Assembly (NCBI GenBank): GCA_963822965.1
Contig: CAWGJT010000001.1
Coordinates: 96,001-160,000 of the forward strand
Direction: 5' to 3'
Length of the DNA stretch: 64,000 bases
From: an uncultured delta proteobacterium
Lineage (GTDB): Bacteria; Myxococcota_A; UBA9160; UBA4427
The translations under genes were made by a program, and so were the position numbers. Below the pieces are notes generated by a model. That model was not told where the DNA came from. It did no database searches and saw only the letters and a list, made by a program, of their open reading frames with translations. This document shows positions 9,218-19,037 of this stretch, one piece after another (position 1 is the first letter of the stretch; each line of letters opens with the position of its first letter).

Positions 9218-9810
9218 GAGCCGCCCACGGCCACCCCGAGCCGCACGCCGAAGGCGGCGATGCAGGCCAGCAGTGCCAGCAGCGTTCCGAGCTCGTTGTT
9301 CTCCAGGTAGCGCTCCAGGGACCAGCGCCGGGCGAGGTCGAAGTCCGCGACGCGAGAGGCTTCCGGCTGCCAGGCCGTGAGCCGCGGTGCCAGCGCCGGG
9401 ACGGACTCGAGATAGCAGCGATACGCCTCGCCGTGCGCCTGCAGCAGGCGCGCGGACTCGCTCCGCTCCTTGCGGGGGAAGTAGTCGAGGAAGAACCACG
9501 GCACGAACAGCCCGGCGAGCCCCAGCGCCCACCATCCCCCCACCATGATCGCAATGCCGAGACCCGCCAGCAGGGTGCCCAGATAGAGAGGATGGCGAAG
9601 CCGGGCGTAGGGGCCGCTCACGGTGAGCCGGGTCGTCTTCTCCAGGTGGCCCGCACCCCAGGCGCGCAATGCCGCCCCTGTCGCCACCGCCACCACGCCG
9701 ATCCCGTAGCCCACCGGAGACGGCGGGACGCAGACGAGCAGCAAGCCGCCCAGCAGGTAGAACGGGGCGAACCGCAGCCGCAGGTTCTTCACCCGAATGG
9801 GGTTGCGCAT
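9214..9810 (-). CDS. Isoprenylcysteine carboxylmethyltransferase/PEMT family membrane protein
   Basis: LTVSGPYARLRHPLYLG, E...L...HGEAY..Y...VP. Confidence 0.82.
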   Translation of the reverse strand: MRNPIRVKNLRLRFAPFYLLGGLLLVCVPPSPVGYGIGVVAVATGAALRAWGAGHLEKTTRLTVSGPYARLRHPLYLGTLLAGLGIAIMVGGWWALGLAGLFVPWFFLDYFPRKERSESARLLQAHGEAYRCYLESVPALAPRLTAWQPEASRVADFDLARRWSLERYLENNELGTLLALLACIAAFGVRLGVAVGGS

Positions 9811-9866
9811 GCGCCAAACGTAATTCGCAGTCGGGTGCGGCGCCCTCCCCTTCGCGGGGGGACTGC

Positions 9867-10055
9867 TCAGCGTGGATCTTCCGAGTGCCAGCCGTAGCGC
9901 AGCTTCATCATCCGCCAGAGCTTGCGGCGGAGCTGCTCTTTGAAGCCCGGCCTCACGGGAACGTCCATCAGGTCCGCGGCGAGGAACTCCCGCAGCTCGT
10001 CCGGGTCGAAGCCCATGGGATCGTCGAGAACCTCCTGCCAGTCCGACTCGCTCAT
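9867..10055 (-). CDS. 62-aa protein, possible minimal anti-sigma factor
   Basis: MSESDWQEVL...PGFKEQLRRKLW; acidic then basic; directly downstream of ECF sigma. Confidence 0.55.
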   Translation of the reverse strand: MSESDWQEVLDDPMGFDPDELREFLAADLMDVPVRPGFKEQLRRKLWRMMKLRYGWHSEDPR

Positions 10056-10142
10056 GCCACCCGTCCCTGCCGGCGGTCGAGCTCGCCGCGGATCGTGTCC
10101 CAAGCTGCCCCCCTCTCGCTTCCCCGCCACGCTTCGCCCGGC

Positions 10143-10898
10143 TCAAGCATGGCCGCGTCCCTCCGGTCCCGGGGTCGGATCCCCGGAGTCCGCCTCCGCG
10201 GCCTCGAAGAGCAGGCGCTTCACGCGGTAGAGGCTCGACCGGATCGCGTCGCTGCTGCGGGCGGTCCGGTCGGAGATCTCCTGGATGCTCATGTTCCGCA
10301 GGTGGCGCATGACGAAGATCTCGGTCTGCCACTCGGACACCGACTCGAGCCGCTCTCCGATGATCTCGGTGTAACGCCGCAGGCTCAGGTGCTCCTCGGG
10401 CGTGCAGTCGCCGAACGCCGACGGGGGCCGCAGAACCTCGGGGCGCAGGGCGTCCAGCCGCTGGCTCTCGGTCTTCGCGCGCCGGAGACTGTTGTTGAGG
10501 GTGTTCCTGGCGATGCCGTAGATCCACGACAGCAGCGAGGACGTACCGCGGTAGCTCTCGAACGAGCGGAACACCGCGGTGAAGGTCTCCTGAACGACCT
10601 CCTCGGCGTCCGCGTGGTTGCGCATGCGCGTGTAGACGAAGCTGTAGATGCGCTGGAAGTAGCGCTGGTACAGCTCGTTGAAGTGGAGCTCGCTCCCAGC
10701 ACGCAGGCCTTCCAGCAGCTCGAAATCGCTCTGCTCGCGCAGGGGTGCCTTCTCGGCGCCGATGACGGCGACGGATCTGCGGGCGCGCGAGACGCCCTTC
10801 GTCCGGGACGTCCGGGAGGTGCGGGACGTCCGGGAGGTGCGGGACGTCCGAACCCTGCTCGTCGCCGTCTCGGTGACGTCGCAACCTTCTCTTCGCAC
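10143..10898 (-). CDS. ECF sigma factor with N-terminal RTS repeats (start uncertain)
   Basis: DAEEVVQETF, SWIYGIARN, region-4 HTH SIQEIS...AIRSSLYR. Confidence 0.88.
   Translation of the reverse strand: MRREGCDVTETATSRVRTSRTSRTSRTSRTSRTKGVSRARRSVAVIGAEKAPLREQSDFELLEGLRAGSELHFNELYQRYFQRIYSFVYTRMRNHADAEEVVQETFTAVFRSFESYRGTSSLLSWIYGIARNTLNNSLRRAKTESQRLDALRPEVLRPPSAFGDCTPEEHLSLRRYTEIIGERLESVSEWQTEIFVMRHLRNMSIQEISDRTARSSDAIRSSLYRVKRLLFEAAEADSGDPTPGPEGRGHA
10799..10851. repeat. 9/18-bp tandem repeat encoding (RTS)x5-RT
   Basis: gtccgggacgtccgggaggtgcgggacgtccgggaggtgcgggacgtccga. Confidence 0.85.
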
Positions 10899-11247
10899 GT
10901 CCCCGTGCCCCGAAACCTCGCTCGGGGCGTCCGGGACGCCGGCACCCGATTGATCCCGTCGGGCGCCCTCAGCATGTGCAGCTCGGGGCAACGCGGTCAC
11001 TCCCGCAGTTGTCCCTTCCCAGGTCCCTTCCCAAGGACCGCTCTCGTCGAGGCCCCTTCCCAAGGAAGTGGATCTCTTCCCCTCCTAGGTGGCCCCCAGG
11101 ATCATCGTGTGGCAAAGAAAGTGCGGAGACGGCCCGGGGGGAGGGCGCGCGGCCTGCGCGCCTCCTCCGGCCCGACCATCGCCCGCCCCGCTGCCCGGCG
11201 GGAGCCGGGACGCGCGGCGGCCGGGGCCGATCCGCAGGATCCCCGGA

Positions 11248-11832
11248 TCAGCTCTGCAGCAGGTGCTCGAGCCCGGGCGTGCCGTCCGCAATGGCCCGCC
11301 GCATGCGATAGAGGTTGGCCTTGACCGCATCTTCGGACTTCCCGAGCACCTCGGCGATGGAGCGGATCGGCTGCCGCCGCAGGTGCTTCAGGTGAAAGAT
11401 CCGCCGCTGCAGCGGGGTCAGCTCCGACTCCACGATCTGCTCGCAGCGACCCAGCATGCGTCTCGCGTCGACGCTCTGATCCGCCGGCGCCCCGCCGCCG
11501 GCGACGTCGAGAGCACCCCCTTCCTCGAGGGGCTCCAGCCGGGGCCGCGGCCTTCGAAAGCGGCGGTTCACCGTGTTCCGGGTGATGCCGAAGATCCAGA
11601 CCAGCAGCGACGACTGGCCTTCGTACGAGGGCAGCGCGGACAGCAGCGTCATGAATACGTCCTGCGCGACGTCCTCCGCCTCGCCCGGATCGCGCAGCCG
11701 CTTCAGTGCAAAGCGATACACGCGCGGGAAGTAGCACTCGTAGAGCATGTCGAAGTGCTCGCGGCTCCCGCCCAGGATCTCGTCCACGAGCTCGCGATCC
11801 GACGGCCACGGCTTGGTATTGCGCTTGCGCAC
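11248..11832 (-). CDS. ECF sigma factor
   Basis: EAEDVAQDVF, WIFGITRN, IAEVLGKSEDAVKANLYR; GGGAG RBS then GTG. Confidence 0.9.
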   Translation of the reverse strand: MRKRNTKPWPSDRELVDEILGGSREHFDMLYECYFPRVYRFALKRLRDPGEAEDVAQDVFMTLLSALPSYEGQSSLLVWIFGITRNTVNRRFRRPRPRLEPLEEGGALDVAGGGAPADQSVDARRMLGRCEQIVESELTPLQRRIFHLKHLRRQPIRSIAEVLGKSEDAVKANLYRMRRAIADGTPGLEHLLQS

Positions 11833-12130
11833 GGCTTCTCCCCCGCGTTGCGTTCCGCGGGGGATCGACGTCACCCTGGCTGGGGCGGGATGTCACTCAT
11901 CCCGCGCCCCGAACGATGAACCCCTCGATCGAGTCTGGTGGTGCCATTCCAGCCGATGCTCCGGCTGATCCTGTGCTGCTCATGGGTCCCCGGTTCCGGG
12001 CCGGTTCATTGCTCCACTGCCCGGAACGCCTCATGAGCGACTCGACCGATCGTGTCGTCCTCCTGTCGATCCCCGCGAAACCGTTCGGCTTTTCGAAAGT
12101 CGGGGCTAGTGCCCCACGGAAGGGGAATCG

Positions 12131-12146
12131 AGCAAGCTCCATGCCA
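12131..12146 (-). promoter_or_regulatory. Sigma54 -24/-12 promoter upstream of the ECF pair
   Basis: TGGCATGGAGCTTGCT, exact GG-N10-GC spacing, in a long, less GC-rich intergenic region. Confidence 0.75.
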
Positions 12147-12264
12147 TGCCGGAATGAACGTGCAACTGCCTCCCAAAACGATCCGGATCGCAAGGGTTTT
12201 CACGTATCGAATCCAGGTTCGCTTCGGGGCGGCTCTCGGTGGGGAGGGAGAAGAATTTTTCTCT

Positions 12265-12627
12265 TTATGGGGCGGCGGATTCTCCGCTGTCGCGGACGGA
12301 GGCATTCACCAGGTCGCGCAGCCGCTTGCGTGTCTTCCCTGCGCTCTCGTCACGGTCCCCATGGTGGAAGAGCACCACGAAGCCGGGGCGTGTGCCCGTA
12401 TCCCTCCGGAGCACCCGACCCGTCAGTCGCAGGATCTCGGGGTTGCCGGGCAGATCCAGGACCAGTCGTGCGGGCTGGCCCACGTCAGGAGGATCGGGCG
12501 CGAACAGATAGATCCCGTCCTCGGAGATGTCCCGGGTCTCCAGGAACACCTGCCGCTCGGCGTCCTCGTAGGCCGCCTCGACCCGGATCGAAGCCCGGGG
12601 TTGAACCCGACGTTGACTCCAGCCCAT
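12265..12627 (-). CDS. Stand-alone PilZ domain protein
   Basis: RVQPR (RxxxR) and DISEDG (DxSxxG). Confidence 0.88.
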   Translation of the reverse strand: MGWSQRRVQPRASIRVEAAYEDAERQVFLETRDISEDGIYLFAPDPPDVGQPARLVLDLPGNPEILRLTGRVLRRDTGTRPGFVVLFHHGDRDESAGKTRKRLRDLVNASVRDSGESAAP

Positions 12628-12634
12628 GCGCAGC

Positions 12635-12662
12635 TCATCGGCAACTCGTGGTCAAGGCCTGA
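12635..12662 (-). promoter_or_regulatory. Sigma28-like promoter, leaderless, PilZ gene
   Basis: TCAGG-N15-GCCGATGA-N7-ATG. Confidence 0.62.
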
Positions 12663-12689
12663 GCATGGGGCCTTGCCACCCCGATCTCG

Positions 12690-13217
12690 TCACAGCTTTC
12701 CGGGGATGATCCACCAGCGCCCGTCGCTGCGCTCCCAGCGGTCTGTGCGGGTGAGGTCCACCGTCCACCAGCGCAGCGGCAGCGAGTTCTCGCCCCGGTA
12801 GCGAACGGTGACCAGGGCAACGTCGGGCTCGAGCACGTCGATCTGCTCGAGGTCGAGCGAGGTCGGCCGCAGGGCGTCGAAGTGGGCCTCCTCGAGGGCG
12901 TCCGCGAGCGCGGCGAAGTAGTCGGCGAAGGCCTCGGGGGCCCCGAAGAGCTCTCGAAGGGCCGGATCGTGGTAGGTGGCGATGCTGTTGAAGCGGCGGT
13001 TGAGGATGCGCGTGTAGAAGACGCGCGCGAGCCTCTCCACGTCCTGCGAAGCCTCGCCCGCCGTCCCCGTGACCACGGGAGGCGGTCCGTCGTACTCGCC
13101 CCGCTCCACCGGGTCCAGGGGACGCGGCTCGAAGTCCGAGGGAAACGGCGACCCGCAGGCCAGCAGTCCGTGCCAGGCGACGCAGCACGCGAGCAGCGGG
13201 CCGAGGCGAAACCTCAC
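12690..13217 (-). CDS. Hypothetical lipoprotein
   Basis: Lipobox LLA|C; GTG overlaps ppdK stop. Confidence 0.65.
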   Translation of the reverse strand: MRFRLGPLLACCVAWHGLLACGSPFPSDFEPRPLDPVERGEYDGPPPVVTGTAGEASQDVERLARVFYTRILNRRFNSIATYHDPALRELFGAPEAFADYFAALADALEEAHFDALRPTSLDLEQIDVLEPDVALVTVRYRGENSLPLRWWTVDLTRTDRWERSDGRWWIIPGKL

Positions 13218-16087
13218 CGCCGGCGCGGCTCCGACCCGTCTCCCAGGAGCGCGGCCTGGGCGGCCGCGAGCCGGGCGAGCGGCACCCGGTAGGGCGAGCA
13301 CGAGACGTAGTCGAGGCCCACTCGCGCGAAGAAGCGGATGCTCTTCGGATCTCCGCCGTGCTCGCCGCAGATGCCCAGCTTGAGGTCGGGCCGGGTGGCG
13401 CGACCGCGCCGCGCCCCCAGCTCGACGAGCTGCCCGATCCCCTCCTGGTCGATGGAGACGAAGGGGTCGTCCTCCAGGATGCCCATCTCGAGGTAGTCCG
13501 GCAGGAACTTGCCCACGTCGTCCCGGGAGAGCGCGTAGCCCATCTGGGTGAGGTCGTTGGTCCCGAAGGAGAAGAAGTCGGCGTGCCGCGCGATGACATC
13601 GGCGGTGAGGGCCGCGCGCGGCACCTCGATCATCGTCCCGATGCTGGGGCGGACCCGGGTGCCCGGGAAGGCCGTCCGCACCTCGGCGATCGTCTTCTCG
13701 GCCTGCTCGCGCAGGCGCGCGAGCTCACCGTCGTTCGAGACGAGGGGGATCATGATCTCGGGCTTCACCCGGCATCCCTGGGCGGCGACCGCGCAGGCGG
13801 CCTCCGTGATGGCCCGCACCTGCATGGCGTAGATCTCCGGATAGGTCACGCCGATGCGGCAACCCCGGTGGCCGAGCATGGGGTTGAACTCGCGCAGGGC
13901 CTCGAGCTTGGAACGCAGCATGGCCAGGCTGATTCCCAGCGCCGACGCGAGCTCCGCGATGTCCGGCTCCTCGTGGGGCAGGAACTCGTGCAGCGGCGGA
14001 TCGAGCAGGCGAATCGTCACCGGCAGCCCGTCCATGGCCCGGAAGATTCCCTCGAAGTCGCTTCGCTGCATGGGCAGCAGCTCTTCCAGGGCGGGGGCCC
14101 GGTCGAGCTCGTCCGAGGCGAGAATCATGCGCTGCACGGCGAGGATGCGGCCGGGCTCGAAGAACATGTGCTCGGTCCGGCAGAGCCCGATGCCTTCGGC
14201 GCCGAACTCCCGGGCCACGTAGGCGTCCTGGGGGGTATCGGCGTTCGTTCGCACCTTGAGCTTGCGGCAGCGGTCGGCCCACTTCATGAGCTCGTCGAAG
14301 GCGCCTCCGAGCTCGGGCAGCACGGTGGGCGCGCTGCCCAGGATCACCTCCCCGCGGCTCCCGTCGAGGGTGATGGCGTCTCCCTCGCGGACGACGACGT
14401 CGCCCAGGCGCATCAGGCGCGCCTCGTAGTCGATGTCGAGGGCGTCACAGCCCACCACGCAGCACTTGCCCATGCCCCGGGCCACGACCGCCGCGTGCGA
14501 CGTCATGCCGCCGTGCTTCGTCAGCACACCCTCCGACGCGTGCATTCCGAGGATGTCCTCCGGCGAGGTCTCCTTGCGAACCAGGATCACCTTCTCGCCG
14601 CCCTTGGCGCGCGCCTCGGCGACGTCCGCGTCGAAGACGACCTTGCCGACGGCGGCGCCCGGCGAGGCGCCCAGCCCCTCGGCGATCACCTGCAGCTCGC
14701 CGCTGCGGTCCAGGGTCGGGTGGAGCAGCTGGTCCAGGGCGGAGGGGTCCACCCGGAGCAGGGCCTCCTCGCGGGTGATCAGGCGCTCCCGGGCCATGTC
14801 GACGGCGATCTGGACGGCAGCGGGAGGGGTGCGCTTGCCCGTGCGCGTCTGCAGCAGCCACAGCTTGCCTTCCTCGATGGTGAACTCGATGTCCTGCATG
14901 TCGCGGTAGTGCTTCTCGAGCACCTTGTAGATGCGGACGAGCTCGCGATACGCCTGGGGCATCTCATCTTCCAGGGTCGGGAGCCGCGCGGCATGCCCCT
15001 TGCGGCTGGCGGCGTTGATGGGCTGCGGCGTGCGAATGCCGGCCACCACGTCCTCGCCCTGGGCGTTCTTCAGGTACTCGCCGTAGAAGTGGCGCTCCCC
15101 CGTAGCGGGATCCCGGGTGAATGCGACGCCCGTCGCGCAGCGATCGCCCATGTTGCCGAACACCATCGCCTGGACGTTGACGCCGGTACCCCACTCGTCG
15201 GCGATGCCGTTCAGGCGGCGATAGGACCGCGCGCGCTCGTTGTTCCACGAGTGGAAGACCGCGCCCACGGCACCCCAGAGCTGGTCGGCGGGATCCTGGG
15301 GGAACGGCGTCCCCGTGTGCTCGTGGGCGATCTCGAGGAAGTCCGCGACGACCTCCTTCCAGGCTTCGGCGTCGAGCTCGGTGTCGAGCTGGGCGCGCCG
15401 CTGCAGCTTCACGTCGTCGATCCGCTCCTCGAATCGGCCACGCGGCACGCCGAGCACCACGTCCCCGTACATCTGGATGAAGCGCCGGTAGCTGTCGTAG
15501 GCGAAGCGGGCGTCCGCCCGCGCCGCCAGCCCGCGCACGGTGACGTCGTTGAGTCCGAGGTTGAGCACGGTGTCCATCATGCCGGGCATCGACACCCGGG
15601 CACCCGAGCGAACGGAGACCAGCAGCGGGTCGGCGGGATCACCGAAGCCCTTGCCGAGGGCCCGCTCCACCCGGGTCAGGGCGGTCAGGATGTCCGACTT
15701 GACGGCGCGCGACAGCGCGCCCCGCCGGGCGTACTCGCTGCACACCTCGGTGGAGATCGTGAAGCCCGGAGGCACCGGAATGCCCAGGCGCGACATCTCG
15801 GCGAGGTTTGCGCCCTTCCCGCCGAGCAGGTCGCGCATGGCGGCTCCGCCGTCCGCACGTCCGTTGCCGAAGGAGAAGACCCGCCGCGCCGGACGCGCCC
15901 CCCGACTCGACGAGGCCCGGTGGGACGCGGGCTTGCGCTCGCGCGACGTGGCCTTGCGAGCCCCCTTCTGGCTCTGCGCCCGCCGCGAGGGGCCCTTCTT
16001 GGCCGGCGCCTTCTTGCGCGCCGTCTTGCGCACGGGCTTCTTCTTGCGAGCGGACTTCCGGGCCGGCGTCTTCTTGCGGACGCTCAC
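13214..16087 (-). CDS. ppdK: Pyruvate, phosphate dikinase
   Basis: LLGGKGANLAEM, VSVRSGA, GGMTSHAAVVARG, EGIGLCRTEHM, GICGEHGG. Confidence 0.97.
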   Translation of the reverse strand: MSVRKKTPARKSARKKKPVRKTARKKAPAKKGPSRRAQSQKGARKATSRERKPASHRASSSRGARPARRVFSFGNGRADGGAAMRDLLGGKGANLAEMSRLGIPVPPGFTISTEVCSEYARRGALSRAVKSDILTALTRVERALGKGFGDPADPLLVSVRSGARVSMPGMMDTVLNLGLNDVTVRGLAARADARFAYDSYRRFIQMYGDVVLGVPRGRFEERIDDVKLQRRAQLDTELDAEAWKEVVADFLEIAHEHTGTPFPQDPADQLWGAVGAVFHSWNNERARSYRRLNGIADEWGTGVNVQAMVFGNMGDRCATGVAFTRDPATGERHFYGEYLKNAQGEDVVAGIRTPQPINAASRKGHAARLPTLEDEMPQAYRELVRIYKVLEKHYRDMQDIEFTIEEGKLWLLQTRTGKRTPPAAVQIAVDMARERLITREEALLRVDPSALDQLLHPTLDRSGELQVIAEGLGASPGAAVGKVVFDADVAEARAKGGEKVILVRKETSPEDILGMHASEGVLTKHGGMTSHAAVVARGMGKCCVVGCDALDIDYEARLMRLGDVVVREGDAITLDGSRGEVILGSAPTVLPELGGAFDELMKWADRCRKLKVRTNADTPQDAYVAREFGAEGIGLCRTEHMFFEPGRILAVQRMILASDELDRAPALEELLPMQRSDFEGIFRAMDGLPVTIRLLDPPLHEFLPHEEPDIAELASALGISLAMLRSKLEALREFNPMLGHRGCRIGVTYPEIYAMQVRAITEAACAVAAQGCRVKPEIMIPLVSNDGELARLREQAEKTIAEVRTAFPGTRVRPSIGTMIEVPRAALTADVIARHADFFSFGTNDLTQMGYALSRDDVGKFLPDYLEMGILEDDPFVSIDQEGIGQLVELGARRGRATRPDLKLGICGEHGGDPKSIRFFARVGLDYVSCSPYRVPLARLAAAQAALLGDGSEPRRR

Positions 16088-17427
16088 CGGCCGCCCTCGA
16101 GCCGCCGGCGCAGGACGTCCGTCAGCTCGGTCGCCGGCACGCGCTCCTGCTCCATGCTGTCGCGCTCGCGCACCGTCACCCGGCCGTCGTCCTGCGAGTC
16201 GAAGTCGTAGGTCACACAGAAGGGAGTGCCCACCTCGTCCTGGCGGCGGTAGCGACGGCCGATGTTGCCGGACTCGTCATAGGCGCAGTTCCAGTACCGG
16301 CGCAGCTGGCTCTCCAGGGCGCGCGCCGGCTCCGCGAGCTTCTTCGAGAGGGGCAGCACCGCCACCTTGATCGGCGCGACGGCCGGGGAGAAGCGCAGCA
16401 CCGTGCGCGTGTCCCCATCGCCGAGGTCCTCCTCGTCGTAGGCGTCCACGAGCAGGGCCAGGCAGGTGCGGTCCACCCCCATCGAGGTCTCGATCACCAT
16501 CGGCGTGAAGCTCTCCCTCGTCTCCGCGTCGGTGACCGCCAGGTCCTTGCCCGAGTACTCGGTGTGCCGCGAGAGATCCCAGTCGCCGCGATCGTGGATG
16601 CCCTCGATCTCCTGCCAGCCGAACGGGAACAGGAACTCGACGTCCTCGGCGGCCTTCGCGTAGTGCGCCAGCTCGGAGGGCTCGTGGGGGCGGCTGCGCA
16701 GCGATTCCTTGGCGAAGCCCAGATCCAGGTGGAACTGCATGCGCTCGGCCCGCCAGTGCTCGAACCATCGCTCCCGCTCGGAGGGGTGCACGAAGAACTC
16801 GAGCTCGGCCTGCTCGAACTCCCGCGAGCGGAAGGTGAAGTTGCGCGGCGTGATCTCGTTGCGGAACGCCTTGCCGATCTGGGCGATTCCGAAGGGAATC
16901 TTCTGGCGCGCCACCTCTCGCACCCGCTTGAAGTCCGTGAAGATGGGCTGGCAGGTCTCCGGACGCAGGTGAGCCACCAGGGAGGCATCCTCGGAGGCAC
17001 CCACCCTCGTCTGCAGCATCAGGTTGAAGTGCCGCGGGGCCGTGAAGTCGTGCTGGGACGTGCCCTCGCGCGAATCGCAGGGACCGGCCTCGTCGAGCTG
17101 GTCCGCCCGGAAGCGCTTCTTGCACGCCTTGCAGTCGACCATCGGGTCGCTGAAGTTCTCGGTGTGCCCGGACGCGTCCCAGGTTCGCGGATGCGTGATG
17201 ATCGCGGAATCGATGCCCACGACGTCGTCCCGCTCCCGAACCACTCGCTGCCACCAGAAGGCCTTCAGGTTGTTCTTGAGCTCGACGCCGAGCGGGCCGT
17301 AGTCCCAGAACCCGTTGATGCCCCCGTAGATCTCGCCCGACGGGAAGACGAACCCCCGCCGGGCGCACAGGGAGACGATCTTGTCCATGCTGACGGGAGA
17401 GGTGACGGGAGAGGCGTTGCGGCTCAT
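16084..17427 (-). CDS. glyQS: Glycine--tRNA ligase, alpha2 type
   Basis: YGG..GFWDYGPLG, LRPET, FRNEITP, REFEQ, IGRRYRRQDEVGTP. Confidence 0.95.
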   Translation of the reverse strand: MSRNASPVTSPVSMDKIVSLCARRGFVFPSGEIYGGINGFWDYGPLGVELKNNLKAFWWQRVVRERDDVVGIDSAIITHPRTWDASGHTENFSDPMVDCKACKKRFRADQLDEAGPCDSREGTSQHDFTAPRHFNLMLQTRVGASEDASLVAHLRPETCQPIFTDFKRVREVARQKIPFGIAQIGKAFRNEITPRNFTFRSREFEQAELEFFVHPSERERWFEHWRAERMQFHLDLGFAKESLRSRPHEPSELAHYAKAAEDVEFLFPFGWQEIEGIHDRGDWDLSRHTEYSGKDLAVTDAETRESFTPMVIETSMGVDRTCLALLVDAYDEEDLGDGDTRTVLRFSPAVAPIKVAVLPLSKKLAEPARALESQLRRYWNCAYDESGNIGRRYRRQDEVGTPFCVTYDFDSQDDGRVTVRERDSMEQERVPATELTDVLRRRLEGGR

Positions 17428-17517
17428 GGGGGTCGAGGCGGTTCCCGGGCGGTTTCGGAACGAGCGACCGCGACGTCTGGCGGCGGGCGCCGAGTATCCC
17501 TTGCGGCGCCCCCAGGG

Positions 17518-18354
17518 TCAACCCGAGCGGATTCGCAGCACGTCCGCCAGGAAGCGCTCGCTCCGGAGCTCGATCCCCAGGTGGTAGCGCTGGAAGCGAG
17601 CGACGATCTGCTCCGCCTCCGCGAGCGCCGGGGCCGGGAGGCTCAGGCGCGACAGCTCGCCGAGCGGAAAGCGCAGGCCCTGCTCCAGGGCGCGCAGCGT
17701 CCCCAGGTGGGCGCGAAGCGGTAGGGGCTCTCCTCCCGCACAGCGCGCGCAGACGACGCCGCCTTCGCCCACGTGGAAGGAGACGGGCCCCGGCCCCTGG
17801 CACTCGCGCCCGCAGCGAACGCAGTGACGAAGCTCCGGACGAAGACCCAACGCGTCCAGGGCGCGGAGCTCCACGAGCACGCGGGTGCGCGCGTCCGGCT
17901 GTATGCACTCGAGCGCCCGCAGGGCCTCGAGAGCGAAGTCGAAGATGCCGTGCATCTCCGGCCCGGCGCCCTCCTCCGGTGCCAGACGACCGAGGAGCTC
18001 CGCCACGTAGCAGGCGATCGCGTAGCGGACCGGGTCGTCGCGCAGGGGAAGGAACGGCGACACGAGGCGGGCCCGGTCGAGCAGGGGCATGCCGCCGCGG
18101 CGCCGCGGGTGGATCTTCACCTCGAGATGGTTGAACAGATCCAGACACCCCGGAAAGCGCCGGACGCTGCGGCGCGCGTGCTTCGCCATCGCCGTCACCC
18201 GGCCACGCGCGGGGGTGAGCAGGTGCACGATGAGGTCGGCCTCGCCGAACTCCACGGTGCGGAGCACGATCGCCGGGGTCTCTTCGAGGCTGCGGCGGGA
18301 CTCGGAACGGCCCCGCGGTGCGCGAGGCGCGGCCGACGAAGGCGCCCTACTCAC
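17518..18354 (-). CDS. recO: DNA repair protein RecO
   Basis: AIVLR..FGEADLIV.LLT, CVRC...C..C zinc finger. Confidence 0.92.
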   Translation of the reverse strand: MSRAPSSAAPRAPRGRSESRRSLEETPAIVLRTVEFGEADLIVHLLTPARGRVTAMAKHARRSVRRFPGCLDLFNHLEVKIHPRRRGGMPLLDRARLVSPFLPLRDDPVRYAIACYVAELLGRLAPEEGAGPEMHGIFDFALEALRALECIQPDARTRVLVELRALDALGLRPELRHCVRCGRECQGPGPVSFHVGEGGVVCARCAGGEPLPLRAHLGTLRALEQGLRFPLGELSRLSLPAPALAEAEQIVARFQRYHLGIELRSERFLADVLRIRSG

Positions 18355-18964
18355 CCGTCGGCTGCGCCGCGGCCTTCGGCGCCGCGTCCGGCGAGGCCCC
18401 GGGCTCCTCGGGCTTCTTCGGGATCGGCGCGGCCGCCGGGCTCGGGGACGACGCGGTGGCCGGCTTCGGGGACGACGCGGCGGCGAGGGAGAGCGCGGGG
18501 GCCGGCGACAGAGCGGCCACGCCCTGGGCCTCCGCGAGCGCGCGCACGGGATCGCGGCGGACGACGATCGGTCCCGACCTGCCGGCGGCGGGCGCCTTCG
18601 CGATCGAGATCGCCACCATCTGCACGGCGAGACCGAGGGCGCCCAGCAGCACCAGGAAGGCGGCGGTCGCCAGCACCCGCTTCACCGACAGGCGCGGGGC
18701 CTGGCTGCTGGCCTCGCTGCCTCCGGGCTCGTGCAGGGTTCGGTTCAGGGCCTCGTCGGCGTCGAGCCCGAGGGCGGCGGCGACCGTCCGGACGAAGCCC
18801 CGCACGAATCCGTCCACGTGACCGTCGAAGGAGCCGGCCTCGAGACGCTCCAGGGAGCGCAGCGGAATGCGGGTCTGGCGCGCGAGCTCTTCGACGGTGA
18901 TGCCGCGCAGCCGCCGCTGGGTGGCGAGATAGGCGCCGATCGACTCGGGATGGGACGAGCTCAC
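18347..18964 (-). CDS. RodZ-like HTH membrane protein (short periplasmic part)
   Basis: IG.YL...RRLRGIT.EELA..TRI, FVRGFVR..A..LGLD, TM, Pro/Ala tail. Confidence 0.8.
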   Translation of the reverse strand: MSSSHPESIGAYLATQRRLRGITVEELARQTRIPLRSLERLEAGSFDGHVDGFVRGFVRTVAAALGLDADEALNRTLHEPGGSEASSQAPRLSVKRVLATAAFLVLLGALGLAVQMVAISIAKAPAAGRSGPIVVRRDPVRALAEAQGVAALSPAPALSLAAASSPKPATASSPSPAAAPIPKKPEEPGASPDAAPKAAAQPTGE

Positions 18965-19037
18965 GGATCGATCCTCGCGCCGTGCTGCCTCGCGCATCGA
19001 TCCGGCCATGATCCCCTCCAGCGGGGCCCGCCCTGGA

